Shown piece after piece: positions 1 to 12,145 of a stretch of DNA of 64,000 nt; within the stretch, counting starts at the first letter, position 1; every line of letters begins with the position of its first letter. This DNA is from Lepidodermella squamata (Eukaryota > Animalia > Gastrotricha), in contig JBLDXI010000025.1 of the NCBI GenBank assembly GCA_047495785.1, positions 2,294,001 through 2,358,000 of the forward strand, written 5' to 3'. The notes beneath the pieces are model-generated. The model was given only the letters and a program-made list of their open reading frames with translations. It ran no database searches and was not told the DNA's origin. Made by a program: the position numbers and the translations under genes.

Positions 1-1346
1 TTTTTTATTGAATCAAATTTTTCCATTTTGAGACGTCAGTGGTCTAACGTTCGCTTTTCAATTTCTGAGACGATCACAATTTTTCGTGAATTCTAGTTTA
101 CTCATGTAAGACGGAGAGATGCTGACAAAGGCCAGGCCCTGGATACACTCAAAACATCAGCTTGGAATGCATTAAATGTCAGGAAGAAAGCAAGATATAG
201 AATCTAACTACAAGATACTATATATTAGATGTAAGAAAGATGAATAGATACTGAAACTACTTCCAGTTTCCAGAATGAGCCATGAATCCCGCTAGCCAAG
301 TTTTCCCACGTGTTCTGATTAAAACGCCACTGCTACGTCATCTAGTGCGGGCGGACAAATGACCCACATTTATCAAGGATGAACCGTGTTTTGGACTATA
401 TGCGAGATGCACGCAATCGATTCCCTCGGTCGATAGCATGCGCTTAACCATTGGGATGAAAATAAAAAAATAAATTAATGATATAGAAACGTACACTGGC
501 TAGCCTGAATCAACAAGGAACAAGGCGACAAAAAATAATTCAGTCGAAAGAATTTGCTTGCGCTCATCACGATCCCTACTGATTACTTCTTCCAGTATAC
601 TTACCGTATTTTATTACGATTTAGGTGACACTGCCCTACATTTCTTTTCAAACGAGGTCCAAGTCCTGCGTCCTGTCTTGCATTTAGTGTCTGTCTTTTA
701 ATTTTTCGAACCTCATCCCTTATCAGTCAACCTGGTCAACCTCAAGAGTAACTGGATAAACAGCTAAAGACGCCGAATAACTGTTAGCTAGCAGAGACCA
801 GAGACTTTGCTCAAGTATATTAAGGAGGATTAGTTGACTTCCTCTCGCAATCGCAGTATATCAAGCACCAACCAACTGTCCAGCATGTGCTCATGCAAAC
901 CACGTTCTACTAGGCCCTACCTATTACTACAGTTTGCCCTTGTTATTTCGAATCATCTGGCTTGAAACTCGATTGTAACGGGTGATGTAAAATAATAAAA
1001 TTATTCTTAATTCTTCAAGAATTGGCGGCACGTGTTGCCACCTGGTAATTGAATTTGTCAGATTCGAAACGAATCGTGCCCGTGATCCAAATGCGAGACA
1101 TTTCTATTGCGACGCTGCATCTCACTACGTGGTAAAAGTGAACTGATTATTCGGACTTGTCGCATCGCACTGAGCCGTATCGATTTCTCTGCCGCGCCTC
1201 GCATGTCTTCTCCTCGTTTAGTAATGCGCGATAATATGTCAAAAGCTTTCAGATATTATTGGATACCTACATCTCTCTCACTGCCGCATTAATTCGCTTT
1301 TCAACCATCAAGTTCATTTGATTTTTAGTAACTGAAATAAAAAACT

Positions 1347-2790
1347 ATGTCAGGAGTAATGCTATGCAAAGTGTGTGCTACTGTTGTTCCGAGAAGACGT
1401 GGCTATCAGCCAACAACATGCGAGGCTTGTCAGAAGTTTTTTCGAAGAAACTGCCAGATGAAACGGCCGCTACGTTGCAAACACTCGCCCATGTCCGGAA
1501 ATGAGGACAACGAAGTCACGTCCTCTAACCGCCGGCACATTTGTCCTAAATGCAGGTTCGAGAAGTGTCTATCAATCGGTATGCAAAGTAAGTTGAAATA
1601 CTGCTTTATTTCCCTCGTAAATAGTTTTTCAAAACAGGCAAATTTCTGAAAGAAACATCGCATGACCCCACCTCAAAGGAGGATTCTTCAGCATCCTCTT
1701 CGAATACCGATAGTATTAAAATTAGCAAAGATCAAACTACTCCAGGTCCAGTTATAGCCAAGGAAGAAACAACATTCCTGATTCCGCTTGTTAGAGATCC
1801 CGTACTTATTGACGGATCAGCTCCTGAATTGATTATCAGAGCATCTTTGAATGCTTACCCGGAGCTTCACACGCTTGAATTCGTGAGTTTTTCACCCTAG
1901 GAACTGATTCTATTGAACCCTGTGCTTTTTTTTAGGGGTCTTTGAAAGATTTACCTCTATCCAGAATGGACATGGGAGCCATGCTTGCAGGAACCCTCCA
2001 ACAAGCGCAGAGCTACCTATCGGCTTTGAATCGATACAGCAAACCCTTCTACGGTTCTTTTTTTGCTAATTGCTAAGTATCTTCCGATGACGGGTTCTTT
2101 CAGATGCCGTACCAACCATGCGAATTGAGTCATCGGCTCTAACAGCAAATCGCATTGCTACTATTGTCAATATGATCGGGCTCTACTACAACTTGCCTAA
2201 CTGCTTTGGGTGGACTTATTTCGGCTTTCCAGATGATTTATTCCCAATATTTCTACAGATTTTTCCTCAGTCAATGGTAAGTAGTATAAAGTTGTTAGCA
2301 GACATTGCAGCGTACATTTTGGTTTTGAACAATTCAGAAGTCTTTCGAAATAACGAAGCAGCTAAAGCGTACGCTATCCGAGTGGGGCCCTTCGTTCACC
2401 GAGGCCTCTCTATTAATGAGTGCTGTTATATATCACGGTTTGTTACTTAGCTAATTAACACCGTCCCAATCGATATTTTCTACTGCAGATGCTAAAAATG
2501 TTCAAATGCAAGTCGTGAGAGCTTTTAAGATGCACCTCTCTAGAATTTGTAGTGGAAATGTTGAACTAATTCGGAAACGAAGTATCCTGTTCGCTCGATG
2601 TTTTCAGCTGACCCTCGAGGCTCAAAAAGAGGTACTAACAATGGTTTCAAATCTCGGGCAGTCATCGCAATATTTTGGCGCAATAACGGAATTCTTTGGT
2701 CCCGATTTGTTTGGCTCATCTGAAGCAGCAGGAGTGGCGATAACTGCTGTATCACCTAGTTCCTCAAATATTGATGTTAAGCTGGAATGA
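1347..2790 (+). CDS. Divergent nuclear hormone receptor NR-1 (C4 zinc-finger DBD + LBD-like domain), 6 exons
   Basis: Exons 1347-1587, 1638-1882, 1936-2053, 2104-2276, 2338-2437, 2489-2790, joined in frame by 50-61 bp GT-AG introns. CKVC-x14-CEACQKFFRR and CPKCRFEKCLSIGM. The LBD segment WGPSFTEASLL is shared with the array paralogs. AATAAA near 2819. Confidence 0.9.
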
Positions 2791-3098
2791 TCTGCTGCCA
2801 TCATTGCGTTTCATGTCAAATAAAAGGCGCAACTCGCTATCTTGTTGTTTGAACAAAGATGTATTATGTATTGCAGCGTAAAAAGCAGATGTTTTTAGTA
2901 AGCAAACATATATCAAGTGTGTCAGCAGTATTTGTTGGCCACCCTATAATTTGCACTACTACAACATAATAATTCTAAAATACAGCTACATTCTTATCTG
3001 CATTGCCTTCGGCGGTAGCTTATCATCTCTTTTTGCAATGTTTTTGCGACATGACAGCTTAGCTAGGTCAGTGTTTACTTGTTTGGGCCAAAACAAAA

Positions 3099-3857
3099 AT
3101 GACTTATTTCCCAATTTTTAGCCTCGTTCTCTCAGCGATTGTTCTATCGGTATCTGCAGATCGCAGCTTGCTACACACTGCGACTGCCGATATTAGGCTA
3201 GCGGATGATTTTGCAGGGAATACCCTAGGAGTTCTAACATTGAAGCACTATCAAGACTCGACAGGCCATTCAGTCGAAGTTACTGGCGATTTGAAGGCTA
3301 TCCTTCCCGAGTTACTGCACGGCTTTCACATTCACACGAGCGCACCGACGCCTGAGACTAAATGCACCGCTTTGGGGTCACATTGGAACCCACTGCAGAC
3401 CCTACATGGGGCGCCGAGTAACGACGTGAAAACGCGCCACGTCGGTGATTTGGGCAACATTCAATCAGACAAGGACGGTATGGTGAAGGTGAACATTAAA
3501 GATGACATTATCCAAGTCGGGTACGTCATTATCGCTCAAAATACCCACGTCTGAGTTTTCTATTCCGGCAATTAGCACTGGAGACAAAACTTTCGACATA
3601 GTCGGGAAAGCTATTGCGATTCATATTTCCACCGATGATTTAGGAAAGGGAGGACAGCCAAACAGCAACACGACAGGAAATGCTGGTACAATTATGGCAT
3701 GCGGAGGCATCGTCTTAAAGGTTTGACAGCGTTAATTTTGTTATTAATCTAATTTCTTTGTTTATGCATGCAGAGTCACGGATCGGTCAATTTTGCTCCT
3801 ATTAGCATTCTGCTGCTGTCAGTATTCACCGCGAAAGCGATTCTATGGTCTCTTTGA
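3099..3857 (+). CDS. Extracellular Cu/Zn superoxide dismutase (SOD3-like) with signal peptide and hydrophobic, GPI-like C-terminal tail
   Basis: Exons 3099-3520, 3576-3720, 3774-3857. Metal-ligand motifs HGFHIH, SHWNP, LHGAP, RHVGDLGN, AIH, plus GNAG..ACG. The last exon encodes SHGSVNFAPISILLLSVFTAKAILWSL*. Confidence 0.92.
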
Positions 3858-4089
3858 AAACAGCTCTGGAACTTGATTATTTGTGCTGGTCGATTTCGTC
3901 GTTATTATTCCCCAGTAAATTCAACTTTGAATGTCTATTGAAGAATAAAAAATGATTTTTTTGATGAAAAAAACTGCAATGCATGATCACATTGTATTAT
4001 GCATTTATTCATAAACACGTAATGGATAGTCCAAATTTTGGACAGTCGCTCAAGGTGGCTAAAGCAAGGTGAAGTGAGTGAAAGTGCTA

Positions 4090-4602
4090 TTATGCTTTGC
4101 TTTCTACAGGTCGTGTATCGACCTTGTTATTGTTGTTCCTAATTGGCACATATCGGCTTCCAGAAGTTCCAGGTCGAGAAGGAGTAGGCTTGGGTGGACT
4201 GACCTTACATTTCGTCAACTCGGGCTTCCAAAGGCCAGAATCAGCGCAAACAGCGTAGCCTTCCGTATCTTTGCTCACAACTTCGTAGCCCGCATCGCAA
4301 ACCAGCTTAATCTGAGCCCCAGGGTGGAAAGTAGTCCCGGTCTCAAGTCGAAAACTTCTGCGCTTGAAGCATCCGTTTTCAACGTGCGGAACTGTGCAGT
4401 TGAGTTGGCCATCGTATTCCGGCATTTCCACGTCGAAAGTTGGCATTGAATCGAAACCATTATCGCGATCTCGGCTGATGATCGGCTTAGTGCAGTTCCT
4501 CTTCAGAGAGTCAGGTATAGGATCCCTTTCATCGTCGATTGGGAGGGCGTTGGTGAAAATGGCAGCCGTTAAAACAACAAGAGTAGATACAGCCAATTTC
4601 AT
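4090..4602 (-). CDS. Secreted single Sushi/CCP-domain protein (~170 aa, intronless)
   Basis: Signal peptide MKLAVSTLVVLTAAIFTNA. CCP pattern CTVPHVENG...C.AGY......AVC..SGLW.P....C, followed by a Pro/Ser/Arg tail. Confidence 0.8.
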   Translation of the reverse strand: MKLAVSTLVVLTAAIFTNALPIDDERDPIPDSLKRNCTKPIISRDRDNGFDSMPTFDVEMPEYDGQLNCTVPHVENGCFKRRSFRLETGTTFHPGAQIKLVCDAGYEVVSKDTEGYAVCADSGLWKPELTKCKVSPPKPTPSRPGTSGSRYVPIRNNNNKVDTRPVESKA

Positions 4603-4978
4603 GTTTAGAGATTTCTGCGACAACGGGGAAGATAACTCGACTTTAAGTCGGCTCGATGCATGACACGAGTGAGCATTCCTCCCACACTCGCGTCATCTGA
4701 GCAGACACGTTAATGCTCCCCCAGTAGTGTGAATAACAACCTTAATTGCTAGTAAAACACGATTTTTGGCTGGATCATCTGTGTTACTCACTGCTGCCCT
4801 GGCTGTTGAGTGACGTAGCGTCGATAGAAGAAAAAATTTGAATAGGTATCAATCTAAGTTACATTTTGTTATCTCTGCTGAGATAGCCCATACCGCCGGT
4901 GAAAATGATGATAAGGGATGAGAAGAAGGGCAAACGCAAGCTACTACTCAATGTTCTTAGCTTCAGTTTCTGAGGAAA

Positions 4979-6247
4979 ATGATCCGAAAAGTTGGTTCCA
5001 TTGTTTTAGTTCTTGCCTTAATAGCAGAAAGTCAAGGCTTAAAATGCTACCAAGCTTTTAGTACGGAGTCGACTTTTCCTCGCCAATATCGAGAGACAAA
5101 TTCCGATACTATTGGCTGCGTCGTGAGTTCTTAAACATGATTCATTCGCTTCAAACGAAAATGTTGCCCGTAAATTTTGAACAGAAAATTTATCAATTCC
5201 AATCAATTTTCGATCCAGCCACTGGTCTAACAAATAACTCAGTGGGGTACTATTGGTCAGATTTTCAGGGCGACCAGTTGGTGAAGAGTTTATTGCAATG
5301 CGACTCAACATGGGAGACGACAAGTTTCAATATTGATACCCAAAATCGAGATGTTACAACTTACCAGCGTCAGTGCTTGTGCTGCGGAGAATCCTGTAAC
5401 AATCAGAATATGGACGACGCATGTGATGAAGATCCTTTCTTTATAAAAACATGCTACGCCGGTGGAAGCAAGGTACACAGATTGTTCCAAAAACATACCA
5501 TATTCTAAAAGGGGATTTTTTCAGAATAATCAAATTCTACCGAATACAGCAGTTCATGCTTTCTGCACTGAGACGCAGTTTTGCTATGTAAGCTTGAAAC
5601 TCTCCCATATGCTGAGATATAAATTGATTCCATTGTGTATGTCCAAGAAATTCTCCGTTGATGTTCAAGCTGGTCCTGAAAGCGTCGAAAACTACCAATG
5701 GGGCTGTGCCAGTATTCCAAACGGGAAATGTGGAGATGGAGCTAATCTTACTAGCGCTGACATATTTTCAAAAGCCTGCACTTGCTGCGGTAACGATTGC
5801 AATGGTCCTCAAATGGATGGAATTGACGCAACTGATAAAACGACCTGCGATACTCAACTAGCAACCACGACAATGCAACCTATCACCGTGACCTTCATTA
5901 TTGAAACCACTACAACTCCGGCGACACCCGAGACTCACACGCCAGCATCTATCCGCACGCCAACTATCACGCCTGTAACATTCGTTCCACCTGGCTCAAG
6001 CACGCCACTGATCATTTACGAAGGTGGAGGTTTCGATGTCGGATCTTTCTTCGGTGAGTTTTCTATTTTTCAATCCAGACTCTGATGTTTAAGGATTCTG
6101 ATCCCAGGTGGAATTGTTCTTGGACTCGTCTTAGTTATCGGCGCAGTTTTCGGTTGGAGTTATTACCTGAGCAAGAAACGAGCCAATTCGCCCAATGGAA
6201 TGGCCCCAGCTACGGTATCGACTTCGAAAACCTACAGCAATCTATGA
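4979..6247 (+). CDS. Type I membrane mucin A: 2x Ly6/uPAR (three-finger)-like domains + Thr-rich stalk + CD164/porimin-type TM + YxxPhi tail
   Basis: Exons 4979-5122, 5185-5472, 5525-5587, 5648-6053, 6108-6247. LKCY start and two CxCCGxxCN motifs. GGFDVGSFFGGIVLG TM; the protein ends YSNL*. Confidence 0.85.
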
Positions 6248-6287
6248 ACATTTCAATTGATGATTCATGCAAAGATGTAATAAAGCC

Positions 6288-6407
6288 TGATAAAATCATT
6301 CCGGTCTTTTTCGTCGCACACAACTAAGTAGAGATAAAAATTATCCGTGGGCGAGAGATAACTTAAAAAGCTCAATTGGACAAGGGCAGAAAAGGTCCCT
6401 GAGATAA
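6288..6407. promoter_or_regulatory. Cluster of GATA-factor sites (WGATAA) in a 160-bp intergenic spacer
   Basis: TGATAA at 6288 and AGATAA at 6332, 6356 and 6402. Similar clusters at 4869-4914 and 7721-7782 lie before the two paralogs. Confidence 0.45.
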
Positions 6408-6408
6408 A

Positions 6409-7684
6409 ATGGGGTTTAGCAACTTACTGATTCCGATTTTTTCGGCAATTTTATGCTCAGTGTATGTTGTTCGATGCGATGTAAACTGTTACCAGGGATC
6501 CAGCACAAATGCTACCTTTCCCAGTGACGCTACGAACTCAACCTCCGGAGCTTTAGCCTGTGCGGTAAGTTAGACGCCGGGTAAACAACTGCCATGATTT
6601 TGGGTCCATTTCAATAGAAACTTCAAAGCATAGTTACAACTTATGACCCAGTAACAAGAGAACCAACAACGGTCGCTTCTTACCAATGGTTGGCATTCAC
6701 GCCTTTCTTCATCATCGACGAATTTATTGACTGCTCCCAGCAATGGGAAAACAGCCGAGGTGAGTACGACCAGGGTAATGCTCAAGTTGTGACCTACGAA
6801 CGATACTGCCTGTGCTGCGGGGATCTTTGCAACGATAAGGTCATGGATGATACATGCAACAAGTTACCAGTCTTTTCCGCGCAATGCTACTCTTCGGCTG
6901 TAACTCCGGTAATGGATAGATCGAAGTTGAATCTTCAGTTATAATTTCAATGTTTTCAAACAGAGCCAATCTTTGCCGAATACATCAATTATTGTACCGA
7001 TTACCGAGACTCAAGCTTGTTATGTTGGTTAATGAATTATTCAAATTTCTCGAATTATTTCTCTTTTGTGAATTTTATTAGAAAATGACGACAAGAATTA
7101 CCCCGGATGAAGGCCCGAGTCAAGACTCATTTTATTGGGGCGGAGCTTCGATTTTCGGAGGTCAATGTAACGCTGGTGTTAATGATTCAACTTCGGTAGC
7201 AGCTTACAAAGGATGCAGCTGTTGCGGGAACTTGTGCAACGGCCAGCAAATGGATGGTATCGACGCCGACGTCACGACTGGTTGCTCGGCTAGCCTGACC
7301 ACTATAGAACCTGAGACAACAACAACTGCAATGCCCCAGACAACATCTTCAACTGAATCAACCCCGGCAACAACCATGGAAGCGACAACTACTACTTCCA
7401 ACCCTATTACTGAAACAGAAGGACCTACAACAAGCGGCCCCACTAATCCTCAAACGGTCACAACCACACCAACAGCGCAATCAACAACCCCGAAAGTCGT
7501 TTATGAAGGAGGCTTTGATGCTGGATCATTCGTTGGTACGCTTCTCTATGGACGTTTTTATCACTTTTTGATTACTTTTTTGTCTTAAGGTGGTTTTTTC
7601 CTTGGGGCTGTTCTGGTCATCATCGCTTTCATCGTATGGCTCTACATCCGCAAGCGAAGGCGTCTACAGTATGGCAACATTTGA
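6409..7684 (+). CDS. Type I membrane mucin B (paralog of A)
   Basis: Exons 6409-6564, 6618-6908, 6964-7023, 7082-7535, 7590-7684, with the same intron phases as A. GGFDAGSFVGGFFLG; the protein ends RKRRRLQYGNI*. Confidence 0.85.
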
Positions 7685-7843
7685 TCCCGTTAAACCACCG
7701 GCCTCTCCCCCGTTATTCAAAGATAACAATTTCAGTGCGTCCAGATAACATTCATGAGAAGAAATAAAACTAAAAGAGATAAGTAAAAACGCCCGACTTC
7801 GCCCTCATTAAACACCGCATTATAGCCGGTATAGCCTGTCAAA

Positions 7844-8949
7844 ATGAAGAGCCTTTCTGTATCACTGTTGTATCTCAGCATTATTTTCGCTTTCACATGG
7901 GTGACTTTCGAAACGGTTGAAGGTTTGAACTGCTATCGAGCCTATAGCAATGACTCGAAACTTCCAGCTAATGCAGTAAATGAAACTGCTATTGATTCCA
8001 TTGGTTGCAGTGTAAGACACTTTAAAAGCCTGAAGAATTTTTTAATACGAAATTTGATCCCAGAAAACATACAGAAGCAAAACCTTCATCGAGCCTCTTA
8101 CCAATCAAATCATTGTGACAGTCGAGTACGAGTGGGGTTACTTCTTAGACGAACCCTTGGTGGGTCTTTACGAGACTTGCGACAGCATCTATGAGTACAG
8201 CAATGACGGAATCGATGACCGACAGCAGTACTACACTACTTACGAACGAAACTGCATTTGCTGCGGAGAATCGTGTAACGGCCCTGAATTGGACGCAATT
8301 TGCAATGACGAGCCAAAGTTCACTAAGGAATGCTACTCGCTAAAGGATTCACCAGTAAGGGAAATTTTAAAAAGTTTCAATTCAACAAAATGTTTTACAG
8401 TCCCAGCAACTTTCCGCACAAGCAACCGTGATTCCCTGCACTGAAACTCAAAGCTGCTACGTAAGACATCAATCTGAGGGAATTATTCTCATGCCTCAAA
8501 TTGAAATGTTTTTTAGAAATCTACCTCACTTGCAGAGGGCAACTCAGTCTACGATTGGGGATGTGCCAGTCTCGGCCGCTTGAGTTGCGGAGTCTGGGGC
8601 AACATTACAGAGTTCAGCACGTTCTACAAGGGCTGCAGTTGCTGCGGGAACCAGTGCAACAATCAGAGAATGGATGGCATCGACGCTCAGTATGATACCG
8701 CCTGCCGTATCACAGGACCCACCACGGTTACCCCAGTAATTATCAGTACAACTCCGTTGATCATCTACGAAGGCGGCTTTGATGGCGGCTCTTTCGCAGG
8801 TTAGAATTTTATGAATAATTTTCCATAAAAAAGTTCTTTGTTTTCTCAAAGGTGGAATTTTCCTCGGAATTGCTATTGCGGTCGGTATTCTTGTTGGCCT
8901 TCATTTCTACAAGAAAAGAAAAGAGGCAAGGAAGTACGGCGAAATTTAG
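7844..8949 (+). CDS. Type I membrane mucin C (paralog of A, short stalk)
   Basis: Exons 7844-8011, 8064-8354, 8401-8460, 8517-8799, 8852-8949. GGFDGGSFAGGIFLG; the protein ends KYGEI*. Confidence 0.85.
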
Positions 8950-9160
8950 GCAGGAAAAGACGCGTCTTCTTTTTGTGTTGATATATTATGTGCCTAATAA
9001 AACAACAATACCATTAAAATTTGAGTTTTTTTATTGAAAAGCACACAAAAACAAAAGCTGAGTGGTTGTATTGTTTGTTTCTCCAAAAAACTGCATCGAG
9101 TTTTTATTACATCTCGCATAAACAACCTGAAATTTATTGAAACAAAGTTAAGTTACAGCC

Positions 9161-10469
9161 ATGCTGCTGTTAAGCTTGTTGCTGCAGTATCTGATTATCG
9201 TCGTGGTATTTTTGCTTTGTTATGTAATTGTTTCAACGTCTTGAAATGAAATTATAGAAACTGGCATCCTGCTTGCTGTTCAACAAATATGTCGACTGCC
9301 GGCTACCAGGCGACCCCGGTATATGCCCTGGTAACTTCCCAATGTTCTACTACGAGGCGAAGGAGTTGAAATGCATCGAATTTGTGTTTTCTGGTTGCGG
9401 AGGCAATACGAATCGATTCCGAACAGAGGAAGAATGTATGGGCAATTGCACGGGCGTCCTCGCAAATTACCCGTTATCCCCCGAAGAAAATCCGGCACGT
9501 AAGTAAATTGACCTACTTCAATCCCTCCGCCTTAGTTTCTTTAAATTTTAGACGAGAGATGCCAGCCCCCTCTTGATAGTGGTTGCTACAACTCTTACGA
9601 CCTTCTAGTCCTTCGATACACTTTCGACGCTCAAATCGGAGCTTGCAAGTCGTCTTACTATTGCAAGTCTGACTGGAATGATGTTGGATTCGATGGAGAA
9701 GAGGCCTGTAACCGCAATTGTGCCTACCCAACGGTAAAACTCGAATTAACCCAATTTTTCTAGCACGAATTTTGATTTCTAGATAAAACCTCGACCTGCA
9801 ACTCCTCGTGCAGCGGCTAGGCCTTCAGTAACTACTCCGGGTCAACAGCAGTTTATGAGGACTTTGATGACTCTAGCTACCCCTGGAGTCATTCGCCACA
9901 TTTCCCCTCGTAACATCTATCACCGTATCTACTACGACTGCGGAGAACCATACGCAAATCGGGGTAGAATCACTTCGATCGAAGACTGCGCCGAGTACTG
10001 CGAGGGTCTATCAACATGCAGCGTCATAATCTTCAGCCCAGTCGATCGATGGTGCCATGTTAAAAAGAACTGTAACAGCCGGACGAATACTACACGTTTG
10101 ATTGGGGACGGCAAGGAAGCTTGGCAGTTAATCGGGCCAATCAACCCAACTACGACATTCCAGCCAGACCCAGTTAGTCCGACAGTTCAACCTGCTTTGC
10201 GAAGGATCTTCAACGACTCGTCAGATGTGATGGACCGATTTGTACGGTTAGGCGGGTCTTGTCAAGGCCCGGTCGTTCAAAGTAACCAAGTCGCGTCTGT
10301 ACGAGCATGCGCTCAATTATGCGAAAGTTACGGAACTTCCGATGAAGAATGTTTCGGCTTTGTGTACATCAGCGATACAAGGAAATGTCACCTAATGTCG
10401 AGTTGTATGCATAACCGTGTGATAAACGGCCCACCGACGTGGCTAAGGCTTTATAACAGAAGGAAATAA
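9161..10469 (+). CDS. Secreted Kunitz + variant-Kunitz + 2x PAN/apple protein (KP1)
   Basis: Exons 9161-9205, 9258-9498, 9552-9733, 9783-10469. BPTI signature CIEFVFSGCGGNTNRF, a second 6-Cys Kunitz-like domain, and two PAN-type CAxxC...C.F....C.L modules. Confidence 0.85.
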
Positions 10470-10485
10470 AATCTCAATTTTATTC

Positions 10486-12145
10486 TTAGCATTTGCACTT
10501 TGTGATTGTTGCCTCAAGTTTTCCTTTCAAAATCGAGTTGCCCTTATGGGTGCTGAACTTGTTCAACTGACGCGAGACGATTTTGAGCACGGCCAGTACA
10601 ACAGCACAGTAGTAATCGCTTTGCTTAGCAGCGTGTTTTGCAGAAGCGCTGAACAAGGGACTGTTCCGGCTCCGTTCTTGGACCAAACGACTAGCTGCTG
10701 AGGCACTGTAGTCCCAGGCCCTGCTAGAGTCTGCTTGGTAGTGCTTCCGCATCTCAACCTCGGCAGCTTGTTCCAACGAGGTCAAAGCGGCCGAGAAGTC
10801 TTTCCTCCGTTTTTGGGTTATGACGTCAGCCGGAGCTATGGATCGAGCTGTTTCGAACTCAAGGTAGAGCTGCCGGATCAAGCAATACGCCGACATGCAG
10901 GCGTCATGGTCCAGCGTAGACCTGTCAACGTATCTCCTTTGATACTTACTAACGTTCGACTCGTAACCACTCTCCAAACTTGTTGAATCCGTAGCGTTAG
11001 ACGGCGCGTAGGGCATTGAAATCGTGCCCTGGAAGTGGGAGTAAGCTTCTCGACAAGCTGAAGCGAAATTTTCGAGCAGAACTCCGTCCGTCTGGCATTT
11101 CGGCTGCCATATCTTCCCGTTGCTTTTCGGATTGTTCTTCGACGGAATCATATCTCGCAACTCATCCAAAGCATCAGACGCGTCATGCCATGCCTTACTC
11201 ACCTCCAACTGGCTGCGTTTCAACTTCCGCTGACTCACGCGGCCACGATTTGCGATTGTAGTTAGACTATCACTATTGTTACTAGCTATTGTCTGAGTCT
11301 CAACGACTGAGCCAGTTTCAAGTAAGGCTAAAGCGTCTTCCGTGCTGATCGGGCCTTGAAGACCGGTATTGAAGTTCTTCTTCAAAATCCGCTCACTTTG
11401 ATTGAGAAGTTTCATCAGCTCTTGAAGGCGATTGTTGTTAAACCAGAGGGTATTGACGAAATTATTCTCCTTTCTTGAAGGCTCCAGTGAGGCAAGAAGA
11501 TCACGGTGAACGGCCAGAATTAGCGGTAGGCAACACTTGCAGACATGCGTAGTCATTTGAGGTACCTCTGAAACTGGGTTTAAGGTGAATCTCACTGGGG
11601 AAATGGTTCCTAAGTGACTTACGGTCAACCATGTTAGGAATCTGAGCCAATCTGGCGCATTTATGGCAAACGACCAATCGACAAGTGTAGCATTCCAACT
11701 CCCCGCGGCTTCCTATACTGTTTCTTCTGGTTCTTTTAGGGGCTGTAGTATCGGACGATCTTTTCGTGAAATTGAATTTACCGAAAAGCCCAGTTGCTTT
11801 CCCATCTTTCCCTCCTACTTCACCGGGTAAATTTTGAAAATTCTCCGCACACAACTGACAGGCAGGAATTGTTGAAGGATCAACAGTTGATGATCGGTAG
11901 ATTTTGTTCAGAGCTTTACTGATTTCCGCGTCTTCGCTACTCGCTGCTGTTGTTGTTAGCTTTTCGTCGGTTAATTTCAGCAGACGCGCCGCCATTTGCT
12001 GCCGCGTTTCGAGCCGGATGTTTTTCTCGTCGATCCAATCTTCACCCTTGGAACCGCGCCACCACCTGAGCCGCTTGAAGCTATCAAAATTCATGGCTAG
12101 CGAGTTGCTAGGGACATTTAACTCGACAGCGTACACTTCCGCCAT
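10486..12145 (-). CDS. 534-aa protein with an atypical FYVE-like 8-Cys zinc finger and a helical C-terminal region
   Basis: Exons 12145-11623 and 11567-10486; a 55-bp GT-AG intron joins the two ORFs. CQLC...F...CYTCRLVVCHKCA...HVCKCC, with WIDE upstream. Confidence 0.7.

Noticed and set aside
1-1292. Leading non-coding region and the 61-aa ORF at 1107
   Set aside because: No recognisable coding or RNA-gene signal; the ORF overlaps the NR-1 upstream region.
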